NCBI GenBank assembly: GCA_038727095.1
Contig: JAVYWK010000004.1
Span: 1-64,000, forward strand
Reading direction: 5' to 3'
Source of the DNA: Thermofilaceae archaeon
GTDB lineage: Archaea > Thermoproteota > Thermoprotei > Thermofilales > Thermofilaceae
Length of the DNA stretch: 64,000 bases
How positions within the stretch are numbered: position 1 is the first letter of the stretch; the number at the start of each line of letters is the position of its first letter. A model generated the notes under the pieces. That model was not told the origin of the DNA. It did no database searches and saw nothing but the letters and a program-made list of their open reading frames with translations. Position numbers and translations under genes: made by a program. Of this stretch, positions 10,645 through 19,794 are shown one piece after another.

Positions 10645-10837
10645 GCTCAAGCTAAATAATGGGGCGAATCGTGGAAGAGCTATGAACGAGGTCGTCACGA
10701 GAGAAGAGGCAAAGCTTCGGAGCCGGGACATGGATAGGGTTAGGGAGGCCGTCCTAAGGATTGAGAAGCTATCGAGGAAGGTTGAGGGGTGGAGTAGTGT
10801 TGAGGAGATTCGAAGGTGGAGAGAGGAGCGTAGTTAA
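10637..10837 (+). pseudogene. VapB-like antitoxin remnant
   Basis: C-terminal GWSSVEEIRRWREER is typical of archaeal VapB; lies upstream of a decayed PIN gene. Confidence 0.55.
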
Positions 10838-11170
10838 CGCCTTCATCGTCGTCAAATAGTTCGTGGGGTGCAGCAGATAGCCCAGGCTACTGAGAGACAC
10901 GTGCGCCCCTGGACTAGTGGATCTATCTGCTCCTACAATACTCCCCTTCGAGGTGGTATATGCTCTAAAGTGCTCAGAAGCCTTCAACGAGGAAGAGCTC
11001 AAGGAAGCTACAAGAACCCCGCCGATCTACAGACCAACCTACACAGTTTCGAATAGGTTGCGGACAGAGCGATTAAGATCGCGGTCAGAAGGGGCTTGAC
11101 GATCTACGAGGCAAGCTACGTAGCGCTAGCTTCGGAGGTCTGGATCGAAGCGGCTCACAGCTGCAACTTA
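10830..11170 (+). pseudogene. Decayed VapC PIN gene
   Basis: Pieces in different frames: VVNAFIVVK*FV, APTILPFEVVYAL, GLTIYEASYVALA. Confidence 0.7.
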
Positions 11171-11180
11171 TATATGCGCT

Positions 11181-12914
11181 TTGCGCAGCAAATCTGGGGC
11201 CATGGAAAGGCTAAGCTTGAGGGACTTTGCGAGGCTCTTCGAGCTCGAAAAGATTGTGGTTAGAAACTTCAAGTCGCTCATGGACCTCGAGCTCTCCTTC
11301 CCCACGCGAGTGACAGTCGTCGCCGGACCCAACGGCTCAGGCAAAACAGCACTCGTGGAAGCCCTCGAGCTCCTCAAGGACGTCCAGGAGTGGGCGAGAG
11401 GCCGTACAGCCAACCCATTCTCCAAGTGGTGGGGCTACAGGAACATAGTCTACCAGCACGATATAGCCAGAAGCATCACCATCGGGCTGAAACTAAAGCT
11501 AAACAGAGAGAAGCTCGAAGAGAAGCTAAGAGCCGCAGAGCGGAGCGAGAAGCTAAAAGCGAACGTCGAAGAGGTCCGCTCACCGGAACGCTATCTTATG
11601 GAGCGTCTAGACTCGGCACTAAAGATCTTAAGTGCGAATGAATTATCGGTCTATTACGAGGTCTCCCTCAAAGGGCTTCGCAGATTCTCGGTAGAGGACG
11701 AGGTCTTCAAGCTCGAGGCTGGACTATTAAGCATCGATGGTTCTTTTGCGAGGAAGAAGTTCTCCATAAACATTAGCTTTTACGAATTTATAAAATCAGA
11801 GAATAAGAATCTTATGATAAAATCCTTACTGGAAAAGAGATTGACTGTCTATACTTTATTTTGGAAACAGTTTTACAACCGTTGGAAAGAGCTTTACCAC
11901 CAGATGCTGAGAATCATAGAATCGGGAGTCATAGAATCCTTGTGCACCGAGGATTTGTTAAAGGGTATATCAAGCCTAACGATCGAATATGATGAGTTAT
12001 TGCTCGAAATACTCGCGCATGTCTACGATAGACTTAGAGGAGCTGACAATCCGCATGATGCGACTATGGATGTATTCTTCTGGGCAATCGCGGATGCGAT
12101 CGATGAAGCGTTAGAGAAGCAGAGAGAGGCCCTAATCAGCCGCCTCAGGTCCAGCGCGAAGCTCTCTGACTTTTTTAAAGAGGTTGAGGGTGCTGAGGAG
12201 TTGATCTTGGAAACCTTGAGAATGCTACTAGAGATATTCGCCCACGAATTGGCATGGATAATCGCTGGCGCGTCAGTGGGGATTTGGGAGTTCATAGAGG
12301 GGATAGTCGTCCTACGGGGAGTCAAGTTCTCCGAGCTAAAAACCCCGCAGCCTCTCACCAGGGAGGAATCGCTGAAGAGCGATGGGTCAAACCTGGCACC
12401 CTACCTCTACACCATCACTGAGGGTAGGGTCCCGAGGGAGGTCGAGGAAGCGTTGGAGTACGTTCTCGAGGGTTGCGGAGAGGTAAAGCTGACCATGCCG
12501 GTCACCGACGACGGGAGAGTCTACATCTCGATCCAAGTTGACGGGGTTAAGCTTCCACCGCCGTCGCAGCCCGACGGAGCTCTGAAGGCGCTGCTCGTGG
12601 AAGCCGCCCTCCTATCGAAGCCCTCGATGATCGCTATAGACGAGTTCGAGAACAGCCTGCACCCCCTAGCCCAGCAGTTCCTGATCGACGAGATCAGGAG
12701 CAGCGGCGCGTACGCGATCATCACTACGCACTCGCCCGTCATCCTCGATTACCTAAAGAGGCTGGACGAGCTCGTCCTACTAAAGTGGGAGAAGGGTGGA
12801 ACGAGGGCTCTCAGAACAAAGTCGCCCGAAGAGCTGAAGAACTGGCTAACCGATCTGGGGCTCACCACCAGCGAGGCCCTCCTCTCCGGACTACTGCCGG
12901 AGAAGCTCGAGTAG
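11181..12914 (+). CDS. ABC-type (AAA_21/AbiEii-like) ATPase
   Basis: VRNFKSL, Walker A GPNGSGKT, degenerate signature QPDG, Walker B IDEFENSLHP, H-loop TTHSP. Confidence 0.9.
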   Translation: MRSKSGAMERLSLRDFARLFELEKIVVRNFKSLMDLELSFPTRVTVVAGPNGSGKTALVEALELLKDVQEWARGRTANPFSKWWGYRNIVYQHDIARSITIGLKLKLNREKLEEKLRAAERSEKLKANVEEVRSPERYLMERLDSALKILSANELSVYYEVSLKGLRRFSVEDEVFKLEAGLLSIDGSFARKKFSINISFYEFIKSENKNLMIKSLLEKRLTVYTLFWKQFYNRWKELYHQMLRIIESGVIESLCTEDLLKGISSLTIEYDELLLEILAHVYDRLRGADNPHDATMDVFFWAIADAIDEALEKQREALISRLRSSAKLSDFFKEVEGAEELILETLRMLLEIFAHELAWIIAGASVGIWEFIEGIVVLRGVKFSELKTPQPLTREESLKSDGSNLAPYLYTITEGRVPREVEEALEYVLEGCGEVKLTMPVTDDGRVYISIQVDGVKLPPPSQPDGALKALLVEAALLSKPSMIAIDEFENSLHPLAQQFLIDEIRSSGAYAIITTHSPVILDYLKRLDELVLLKWEKGGTRALRTKSPEELKNWLTDLGLTTSEALLSGLLPEKLE

Positions 12915-12926
12915 TAGGGGCTAAGG

Positions 12927-13496
12927 GTGCGCTGCAGACTATACGTCATAATCGATAATACCTATGCGAGGAGGGCGCTGGACGGGCTCTTCAAGCTGTT
13001 AGCGCAACTAAGGGGGAAGCATGGCCTACCGGTGGATTGGCCGGTAGCCGAGTACAGGATCTCGCAGCCGGTCAACGTGTGCGACAACAAGCTCACCAGG
13101 TACGTGGAGGGCGCCATCAAGGATAGTTACGATCTCATCCTGATAGTATACGACCTTGAACGTGAAGTTACGGAGGAGCACGTTCAAAGGCATCTAACCA
13201 ACCTCAGCAGCGCTGAAAGAAGGAAGGTGAAGCAGCTCCCCTCAAAGCCCTGCCACGAGGTATGGCTCTGCGAAGTCGTGGGGATCGCCGGCAGCTCATC
13301 CCTCCAGCTGTGCGACGAAGTTATCGAGTTGATCAACAGGCACCTGGGCAAAAGAGGGGAAGAGTACAGGAAGAGCAGATTTCACACGCTCCTGATACAG
13401 TACACTCTAGACTACATTAATGGGCACGGAACCTTATCGGGCTACCTAGCCCGCATAATAGATGCCGTGAAAACGGGCTGCGGAGGACGAGCGTAA
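12927..13496 (+). CDS. Putative TOPRIM-like (DUF4276/DUF4435-like) partner of the ATPase
   Basis: 12 bp downstream of the ATPase; LILIVYDLE and CHEVWL resemble the DxD and E-x-W-L motifs. Confidence 0.5.
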   Translation: MRCRLYVIIDNTYARRALDGLFKLLAQLRGKHGLPVDWPVAEYRISQPVNVCDNKLTRYVEGAIKDSYDLILIVYDLEREVTEEHVQRHLTNLSSAERRKVKQLPSKPCHEVWLCEVVGIAGSSSLQLCDEVIELINRHLGKRGEEYRKSRFHTLLIQYTLDYINGHGTLSGYLARIIDAVKTGCGGRA

Positions 13497-14159
13497 CCCC
13501 CCGAATCCGTGCGACCCAAAGGACCCGTAAGGCCTTCGGCACGTTCTCAAGCGCCGCGATGCTCGGGGCAGCCTTACCCCTGAAAGGATGCTGGGCAGCT
13601 GTACATCCCAGCGGCGATTCTAGCCTCAGGCGATCCGCTCCGCATGAGAGAACTCGAGAAAGAGCTGAGAAGGAGGCTGGAGCTACAAAGGGGGCTGGGC
13701 GGAGTTCGACGACAGGCTGCAAAGCTCTGCTAAAGCTTTGGCGCTCAGCCCTCTAAAGGCTGCCAAGAGGCTCGCCGACGTGCTGGCAGGTATCAAGCTC
13801 GAAAGCTCTTTCGAAACACATGGCCGGCATTCTCGCTTTTCGAGGTTATAGATGGCGAGGAGAGGCTGCTAGAACTGGTGTGATTGTTGCTGATATGGAG
13901 GCTACGACGAACGGGATGTGAGCGGTAAGGTAGCAGAGGGCAGAGCATCTCCAGCCTCAACGGGTTCCGGTTTAACCGTTAGGGGAATCGAAGAAACCAC
14001 TACTAATTCGTCGCAGGAAGGTGGGCGAGACTGCTAGCAAGATTGCAGCTGCGTTGAATGGCACTCTCATCATATCCCTTCCAGCACCCGGGGTAAGGTC
14101 GGGTGCGAAATACCCGTTTTTCTCTCTCTTCCCAGTGTTGAGCTCTTAGTAAAACTTAT

Positions 14160-14178
14160 GTAAGATTTTGTGTCTTAC
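14160..14178. promoter_or_regulatory. Inverted repeat, putative TA operator
   Basis: GTAAGA-N7-TCTTAC just upstream of the AbrB start. Confidence 0.4.
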
Positions 14179-14186
14179 TCTTCCTT

Positions 14187-14459
14187 GTGCATAGAGTCAG
14201 GCTCTCGAGCAAGGGTCAAATCGTCATACCTAAGAGCATAAGGGATGAGCTGGGCTTAGCGCCCGGCACAGTCCTCTGGGCTAGGGTCGAGGGGGGCAGA
14301 ATCGTGCTGGAACTTGCGAGGGAGCCTCCTGCCCACTTGTTCGTAGAGGCGGGATCCGAGGTTGTAGAGCGGGTGCTGCGCGAGGCTAAAGCGACGAGCG
14401 ATAAAGTTGAGAGGCTGCTGAGGGATATCGGGGTTGGCGAGAGTAGCGCTCGACACTAG
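14187..14459 (+). CDS. AbrB/MazE antitoxin
   Basis: LSSKGQIVIPKSIRDELGLAPG. Confidence 0.9.
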   Translation: MHRVRLSSKGQIVIPKSIRDELGLAPGTVLWARVEGGRIVLELAREPPAHLFVEAGSEVVERVLREAKATSDKVERLLRDIGVGESSARH

Positions 14460-14883
14460 CGTTGTAGTGGAGTTCATCGACCTCAAAGGGAGGTTCCACA
14501 AGCAGGCTGAAGCGATCTTCGCTAGCTTGCTTGCGGGGAGGCTGGAGGCAGTCGTGCCGCACCCAGTTCTAGCGGAGACTTACTACGTTGCAGTTAGGGT
14601 CTACTCTACTCGTGGCCTGCTCGACGCCGAGAAAAGAGCGGAAGAGCTTGTCAAGTGGCTTGCAGCGCTCCCAACTGTGGTTGTGGTGGAGGGGGCTGAG
14701 CTTGCCGTGGAGGCGGGGTTAGCGAAGCTGAAGCTAGGTCTCGCGCTAACCGACTGCTATGTTCTAGCAGCTGCTAAGCTGGCTAGAGGGAAAGCGCTGT
14801 TCAGGAGCAGGGAGGCGGAGATGGTTAAAGCGGGTGAGCGCTTGAAGGAGTATAACGTGGTTTTCCTCGAAGACTACGCTTGA
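14434..14883 (+). CDS. vapC: VapC PIN-domain toxin
   Basis: ALDTSVVVE, LAETYY, LTDCYVLA. Confidence 0.85.
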   Translation: MARVALDTSVVVEFIDLKGRFHKQAEAIFASLLAGRLEAVVPHPVLAETYYVAVRVYSTRGLLDAEKRAEELVKWLAALPTVVVVEGAELAVEAGLAKLKLGLALTDCYVLAAAKLARGKALFRSREAEMVKAGERLKEYNVVFLEDYA

Positions 14884-14907
14884 AGCTAGCGGACAGTCTC
14901 CGCGCCC

Positions 14908-15336
14908 TTAAAGCCCTCCCCTGCGGCTCCCGAGCTGTGAAGCGGGGAGCTCCGGCACTTCACTAAGCCTTTTGGCGACGGGGATTCCAGCCTTCCTGAA
15001 CGCTCCTACCTTGCTCACGTAGGTTCCAGTTGCTCCGAAAGCATTAGCGCTCGCGTGCCCCTTCCTCCCCGGTGGAGCAGCCCGCCCCGCGATGCAGGCA
15101 GCTACCGACTTTCCCGGGCTAATTGCGTAGTGCTTAGCGAACCCTTCTTCCTTGGTGCCGCCGATCCCGCCTACGAGGACTACAACGTCAGTCTCCAGGT
15201 CCTTCAGGAACATCTCGTAAACATCCTAGAAGTTGAGACCCGTAACCGGGCCTCCGCCGATACCCACCGCAGTAGAGACGCCGAAACCAGCTGCTGCGAG
15301 CCGTGCTGCCACCTCATAGGTTAGCGTGCCGCTTCT
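14908..15336 (-). pseudogene. sucD: 3' half of succinyl-CoA synthetase alpha subunit
   Basis: [34 protein letters not shown], with an in-frame TAG at 15226-15228 and no 5' half. Confidence 0.85.
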
Positions 15337-15590
15337 CCGTACTCCTCTGCCCCAATCTGCAGCAGCCGGGTGAAAGGTTCAACGAGATTCTTGATGAAGT
15401 CCAGCGTCACGGAGTAAGGTACACCGTACCTCTTCTTAGAGATGAAGAGCAGTTCGTCCAGGACGAGAGCATCCGTGTACAACCGGTGCTCGGATAGTAA
15501 GCGGAAGTAGAAATCCTCGTACTTAGCCCTAAGCACCTCGTCAGCCACCGTGTTCAGGTAGATGAGGAGGTATGCGTCGAGAAAAACTCA
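15321..15590 (-). pseudogene. Truncated VapC PIN gene
   Basis: VFLDAYLLIY..LVLDELLF; start is out of frame and the C-terminal half is replaced by sucD sequence. Confidence 0.75.
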
Positions 15591-15878
15591 CTCGAACTCC
15601 TCCTCCAGGTTGACTTCGGCGAGCTCGCCCGGCCCAGGTTCCACCCTCTCCTTCACGCTCCGGAGCTTCTCCACGTGCTCCCTGAAAGCGCTCCTAAGCC
15701 AGTTCTCGTCCACCTGCCTCCTAGTGGGTTTAAGCAGCAGAACACCGTCGCTAACCTGGGCTAGCAGCACATCTCCCTCCTCGACACCGAGAGCCTCCCG
15801 CAGAGCTTTCGGTAAAATCACGTATCCCTTCCTGCCAACCCGGAGCTTCAATGCCAAACCAGGCCCACCTACTAGCAA
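15588..15878 (-). CDS. AbrB/MazE antitoxin
   Basis: VGRKGYVILPKALREALGVEEGD. Confidence 0.85.
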   Translation of the reverse strand: MLVGGPGLALKLRVGRKGYVILPKALREALGVEEGDVLLAQVSDGVLLLKPTRRQVDENWLRSAFREHVEKLRSVKERVEPGPGELAEVNLEEEFE

Positions 15879-15999
15879 ACCAGGTCAGCAGCTATAAACC
15901 TTAGCATCGTCCACGCCAGTTGTTCACCCCCGTCTCCCTGCTTGTGGAGGAGGCAAGGCCCGCCTTTCAGTCTCCTCGTGATAGAGCCGGGGCGGCTGC

Positions 16000-16260
16000 T
16001 TTCTCAGCAGCCATCGCCTTAGCTCTCTACCCCCATAAACCCGCTACCCGGATCGCTTCCGCTATTCCCCTCAGCGCCCGCCTCGAAGATACTCGCAAGC
16101 TCAACCCCCACTCCATCTTCAGCCTCTTGAAAGCGAGGAAGGGGCTCCGCTCGTTCGAACTCCGCGAGAGGGTCGCAACCACGAGCACGCAGAAAGGGTC
16201 TCCGCTCCTCACAGCCTCGATCGCCGCGAACTCATCGCTCTCCAGCTCGATGCACCCCCC
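16000..16260 (-). pseudogene. nth: Endonuclease III (HhH-GPD) N-terminal remnant
   Basis: DPFCVLVVATLSRSSNER..IAEAIRVAGLWG*RAK resembles DPF.vLvatiLSq.t.d..aI..aGl...KA; internal stop codon. Confidence 0.55.
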
Positions 16261-16490
16261 CTGAGCAGCCCCTAGCGCTTCAGCCGATTGAGCCGCGAAG
16301 GCGAGATACGTTGCGCCACCAGGCTATGAGGCCTGGAGTTGGCCCCCCGCACTGGTTAGTTGAAGGCGTCTGCGCGCCTAACGAGCGGTTACTGCAGTAC
16401 CTGTATAGGCGTGAGTTTAAAGCCGGAGTGCTCAGCACTCGAGGGAAAAACTCGTACTCCTGAGTAGTGGTCTTGAGGCCTCTCCCCACC

Positions 16491-17099
16491 CTAGGATGGC
16501 TGGCGCTTCTCCTCCTTCCTCCGCGTGAGAAGACCTGCTAGGCAGAGTGCTCCTGAAAGCAGGGCGAGCCAGTACCAGATCGTGAACTGGGATGTCACGC
16601 TAACTTTTACGACGCTTTCAGTGCGCGTTAGCGGGTAGAGGTTCAGCGTTAAGTACCGGCTCATGTAGGGCATCAAAGCCTCCCTCAAGTCCGGAGCCAC
16701 TTCAGCTACCATCGGGTGGAAGATGGACGCTAGCGCGGCGGCGCCGAGCAGCACTAGAACCCCGAACCCCACGGGCATCGTGAAGGGCCTAAGGTTGAGG
16801 AGCCTCCGGGACCACGCTCTCCCGTGCAGCAGCGAGCCGGCGATTATCGTAGCCGACCCGAAGATGGCGAGCAGCCTCGCCGACAGGAACAGAGCGTTCA
16901 TGAAAGGCGAGGGTGTAATGAGCTGTGAACCCAGGAGCTCGGCTCTCAACTCGAAAGGCGAGAAACCCAAGTACATGACAGGGCTGGAAACACTACCTAC
17001 GATCAGCTCCCACCAAGCACCGCCAACTGCAGCCACCACCAGGAACAGCGCGCCACCAGCCAGGTAGAGCAACCTGTACTTCTCCAACCTAACCACCAC
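16491..17099 (-). CDS. Multi-pass membrane protein
   Basis: About four hydrophobic segments; overlaps the upstream gene. Confidence 0.7.
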   Translation of the reverse strand: MVVRLEKYRLLYLAGGALFLVVAAVGGAWWELIVGSVSSPVMYLGFSPFELRAELLGSQLITPSPFMNALFLSARLLAIFGSATIIAGSLLHGRAWSRRLLNLRPFTMPVGFGVLVLLGAAALASIFHPMVAEVAPDLREALMPYMSRYLTLNLYPLTRTESVVKVSVTSQFTIWYWLALLSGALCLAGLLTRRKEEKRQPS

Positions 17100-17595
17100 C
17101 GGGACCTAAATCGACGGAGAAGCTGAGGGGGAGCTCCGCCGAGCCTAAAACCACCGTAGCCTCCCCCGAGAACCTCGCGGAAGACCTCGAGAAGAATTCC
17201 GGAAGCATCTCGCAGGCACCTCTCTCCAAGAGGACTTCAACATCTACGATCCTCCCCTCCCCCGGCTCCAGAGTGAAAGGTTGGATGGCAACTTTCCCGG
17301 AAAACTCCCCGGAAGGCGCAACCACCCTCGCGTCAACATCCTTCAAGCCGAACCTCAAGCCCCCAGAGTTGAAAACCCCCACCCTCAGCAGGCACACGTT
17401 CCCGTCAGAAACACCGTAACCTTCGAGAGTCACGCGAACCGACCTCGGGTCGAACTCCAGCCTTGGAGGAGTTAAAGCCGGAACGAAGAAATCGCTCAAC
17501 GACCCAGAAGTAGAGTAGTAGTAAGCCATAGGCGCTAAAACAAGTGCAAAGGAGAAAAGCCTCAACGACCATACTATAACCGCTTCGTTCTTCAT
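17089..17595 (-). CDS. Membrane-anchored beta-sandwich (LEA_2/WHy-like) protein
   Basis: N-terminal TM; LRVGVFN, LEPGEGRIV. Confidence 0.6.
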   Translation of the reverse strand: MKNEAVIVWSLRLFSFALVLAPMAYYYSTSGSLSDFFVPALTPPRLEFDPRSVRVTLEGYGVSDGNVCLLRVGVFNSGGLRFGLKDVDARVVAPSGEFSGKVAIQPFTLEPGEGRIVDVEVLLERGACEMLPEFFSRSSARFSGEATVVLGSAELPLSFSVDLGPGGG

Positions 17596-17885
17596 GAGAA
17601 GTACACAAATCCAAGGTATATAAACATGTGCTTCGAAAGTTGAAACATGAAGGCCAGTCCTCTAACTAGGCAGAGCGCTCACCGGTTAAGTTGTAGCTCC
17701 CTCAGGATCCCCCTCCAGCCTCGTGGCACTGAGAGCTTATCTTCAGGCGTAGCCCCCAAGCTAGTTCTCCTCGCGCGGTCGCCACAGCGCCAGAAGGTGA
17801 ATCTCCACACTCTACGACTTTCCTACTGCCAGTGGGTCGCGGTGGCAGCGAGAGAGCTCGCTGCTATCGCAGCCACCTTCACGTA

Positions 17886-18191
17886 CTAAGCTACCGAGGG
17901 CCAGTTGACTGTTAACTCGGCCAGGTAGCCTAGCAGGACGAGTGATAGCCCCGGTAGCAGGAGCACTACGCTTAGCTTGCGCCACCTCCCCGCTAAGAGT
18001 GCGGTGCCGACGGCCACCGAGGCTAGGGAGGATTGAGCGTAGAACCGGGTAGATGCGAAGACTCGCGGCCGCGTACCGCTAGGGTAGATGCCCACGAGCG
18101 CGACGAAGGCTCCAGCGTCGAAGTAGAAGATGCTCGCGAAATCAGCCCCCCGGCTTCTCGAAGCGAAGAAGAGTTCGATAAAAACAAGCAC
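17886..18191 (-). CDS. Small membrane protein or fragment
   Basis: Hydrophobic 101-aa ORF. Confidence 0.35.
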   Translation of the reverse strand: MLVFIELFFASRSRGADFASIFYFDAGAFVALVGIYPSGTRPRVFASTRFYAQSSLASVAVGTALLAGRWRKLSVVLLLPGLSLVLLGYLAELTVNWPSVA

Positions 18192-18488
18192 ATCACCGCT
18201 CCAGTCAAGGTTAAGCCTTAGTTATAGATCCAGGGGTTCAGCTCCTGGAGCGCATAAGTCGCTGAACTCGTGCTCGAAGGAGTTGAGCCGGGTGCCGCAG
18301 GCAAATCAAGCTTGCTTTTACCTTGCAGCCCGCCCTCCAACCCCTCCTGTCGGTGCTCCCTTAAGGTGGGCCACCCGAGCCTTTACCCAGCTGAGAGCGG
18401 CGGTTCGCCGTGAAACTTTCCGGCGTCAGTGGGTTTAAGACGAGAAGTGGGGATAAAGATTTAACTGTGGGCTGAGTGTCTATACTCG

Positions 18489-18746
18489 GTGCTGGAAGTG
18501 GCTGTCGTACGAGTTGACGAACGGGGGAGGATGGTGATCCCCAAAGAGTTCGGAGTCAGAGCCACGAGAGCTGTGGTCATCCCCGCAGGCTCCTTCCTCG
18601 TCGTAATCCCCCTCCCCGGTGCACCGCACGAGAAGGCTGGAGGGTGGCTGACCTCAGCTAGGAGTAGGGTTGAGCTGAAGAGAGCTGCCGAGGAGGCTGC
18701 GAGGAGGGATGCTGTAGAGCGCGCGCGGCGCCGTGGCCAGCTATGA
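18489..18746 (+). CDS. AbrB-like antitoxin
   Basis: RVDERGRMVIPKE; ATGA overlap with the PIN gene. Confidence 0.85.
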   Translation: MLEVAVVRVDERGRMVIPKEFGVRATRAVVIPAGSFLVVIPLPGAPHEKAGGWLTSARSRVELKRAAEEAARRDAVERARRRGQL

Positions 18747-19159
18747 TGGTTGAGACTGACGTTCTCTACGCCTACGTGAAGAGGAAGGACTGGCTGAAGC
18801 CTGTCGCCGACAGACTTCTCCGCAGAGTAGCTGAGGGGGAGTTCGGCATCATTTACGCTTCCCGCGAGAGCCTTCACGAAATGTACTACGTTTCGCTGGA
18901 GGAGGGCGTGCCCCTCGACGAGATTATCTCCAGGTTCGCGCTCTTAACCTCCATCGATAACCTCATCTTCCTGGAAACCACCTACGAGATCGACCTCCTC
19001 GCGCTAACTCTAATGAAGCAGTTCAAGCTCGCGTCGATCTTCGACGCCTACTACGCTGCCACAGCACTCAACCAAGTCCCCGACCACACCATCATCACGA
19101 CCGATACCGCCTACGACAGGATACCTGGAGTGAGGAGAGTAGACCCTCGCGAGCTCTAA
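18743..19159 (+). CDS. vapC: VapC PIN-domain toxin
   Basis: VETDVLYA, LHE, FDAYYAA, TTDTAYD. Confidence 0.85.
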   Translation: MMVETDVLYAYVKRKDWLKPVADRLLRRVAEGEFGIIYASRESLHEMYYVSLEEGVPLDEIISRFALLTSIDNLIFLETTYEIDLLALTLMKQFKLASIFDAYYAATALNQVPDHTIITTDTAYDRIPGVRRVDPREL

Positions 19160-19230
19160 GCGGAGCACGGCCGTATTGCTAGAAGCTGGCAGCTCTATAG
19201 CTGCTTCAAGCTCTGAGGCTTGGGAGCCGC

Positions 19231-19478
19231 CTACCCGGATTTGAAGCGCCTCCAGGCCACCTCGATTACCCCGGGATTCCCAGCAAGTAGCCTCCCGTAG
19301 GCTAGGATCTCACCGATGATCCTCCTCCCCTCCTCGGCCATTTTGAGGAACTCCTCGGTAGTGTAGACGCAGGGCTCAATGTCTACCAGGAGCGAAGGAT
19401 CTATAAAGTCCGGAAGACCGCTGGGCATGCCTTAGGTCCCTTAGAGCCTGCCTCAACCAGTCCTCCGCGCGAAACCAC
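19231..19478 (-). pseudogene. Collapsed HEPN-MNT operon remnant
   Basis: HEPN N-terminus RAEDWLRQALRDLRHA joined directly to an MNT-like C-terminus VDIEPCVYTTEEFLKM. Confidence 0.65.
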
Positions 19479-19794
19479 CCACAGAAGCACCTGAGAGGCG
19501 TTCACGCGACCAGATATCAAGCTACCGGGCTACCCGAAGCGCTTTCCACTGAGTGTAGCGCGCCACAGGTCATTCGCATCGAGTACCTCTACAGCTGAGG
19601 TTTCTGGAATTTATTCTAGTCGCCCTCCACTCGTGCACGCTAGGCATTGCCTGTATAGCGCTCGGACTGATTACTGGATGCTTAGTATCCGCATATGCCG
19701 AAGTCTGTTTTGAACTCATACCTCCACATAATTCTCCTTTTACTATTAAAGGATAGGTATCTAAGTTTAGCTACAGGTTGCTTGAAAAAAATAT

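Noticed and set aside
13559-14080. Possible decayed gene downstream of the ATPase pair
   Set aside because: Only short protein-like pieces, and no family could be assigned.
14084-14116. Alternative hairpins GCACCCG/CGGGTGC and CGGGTG-CGAAA-TACCCG before a T-rich tract
   Set aside because: No ribozyme or riboswitch core is recognisable; at most a terminator.
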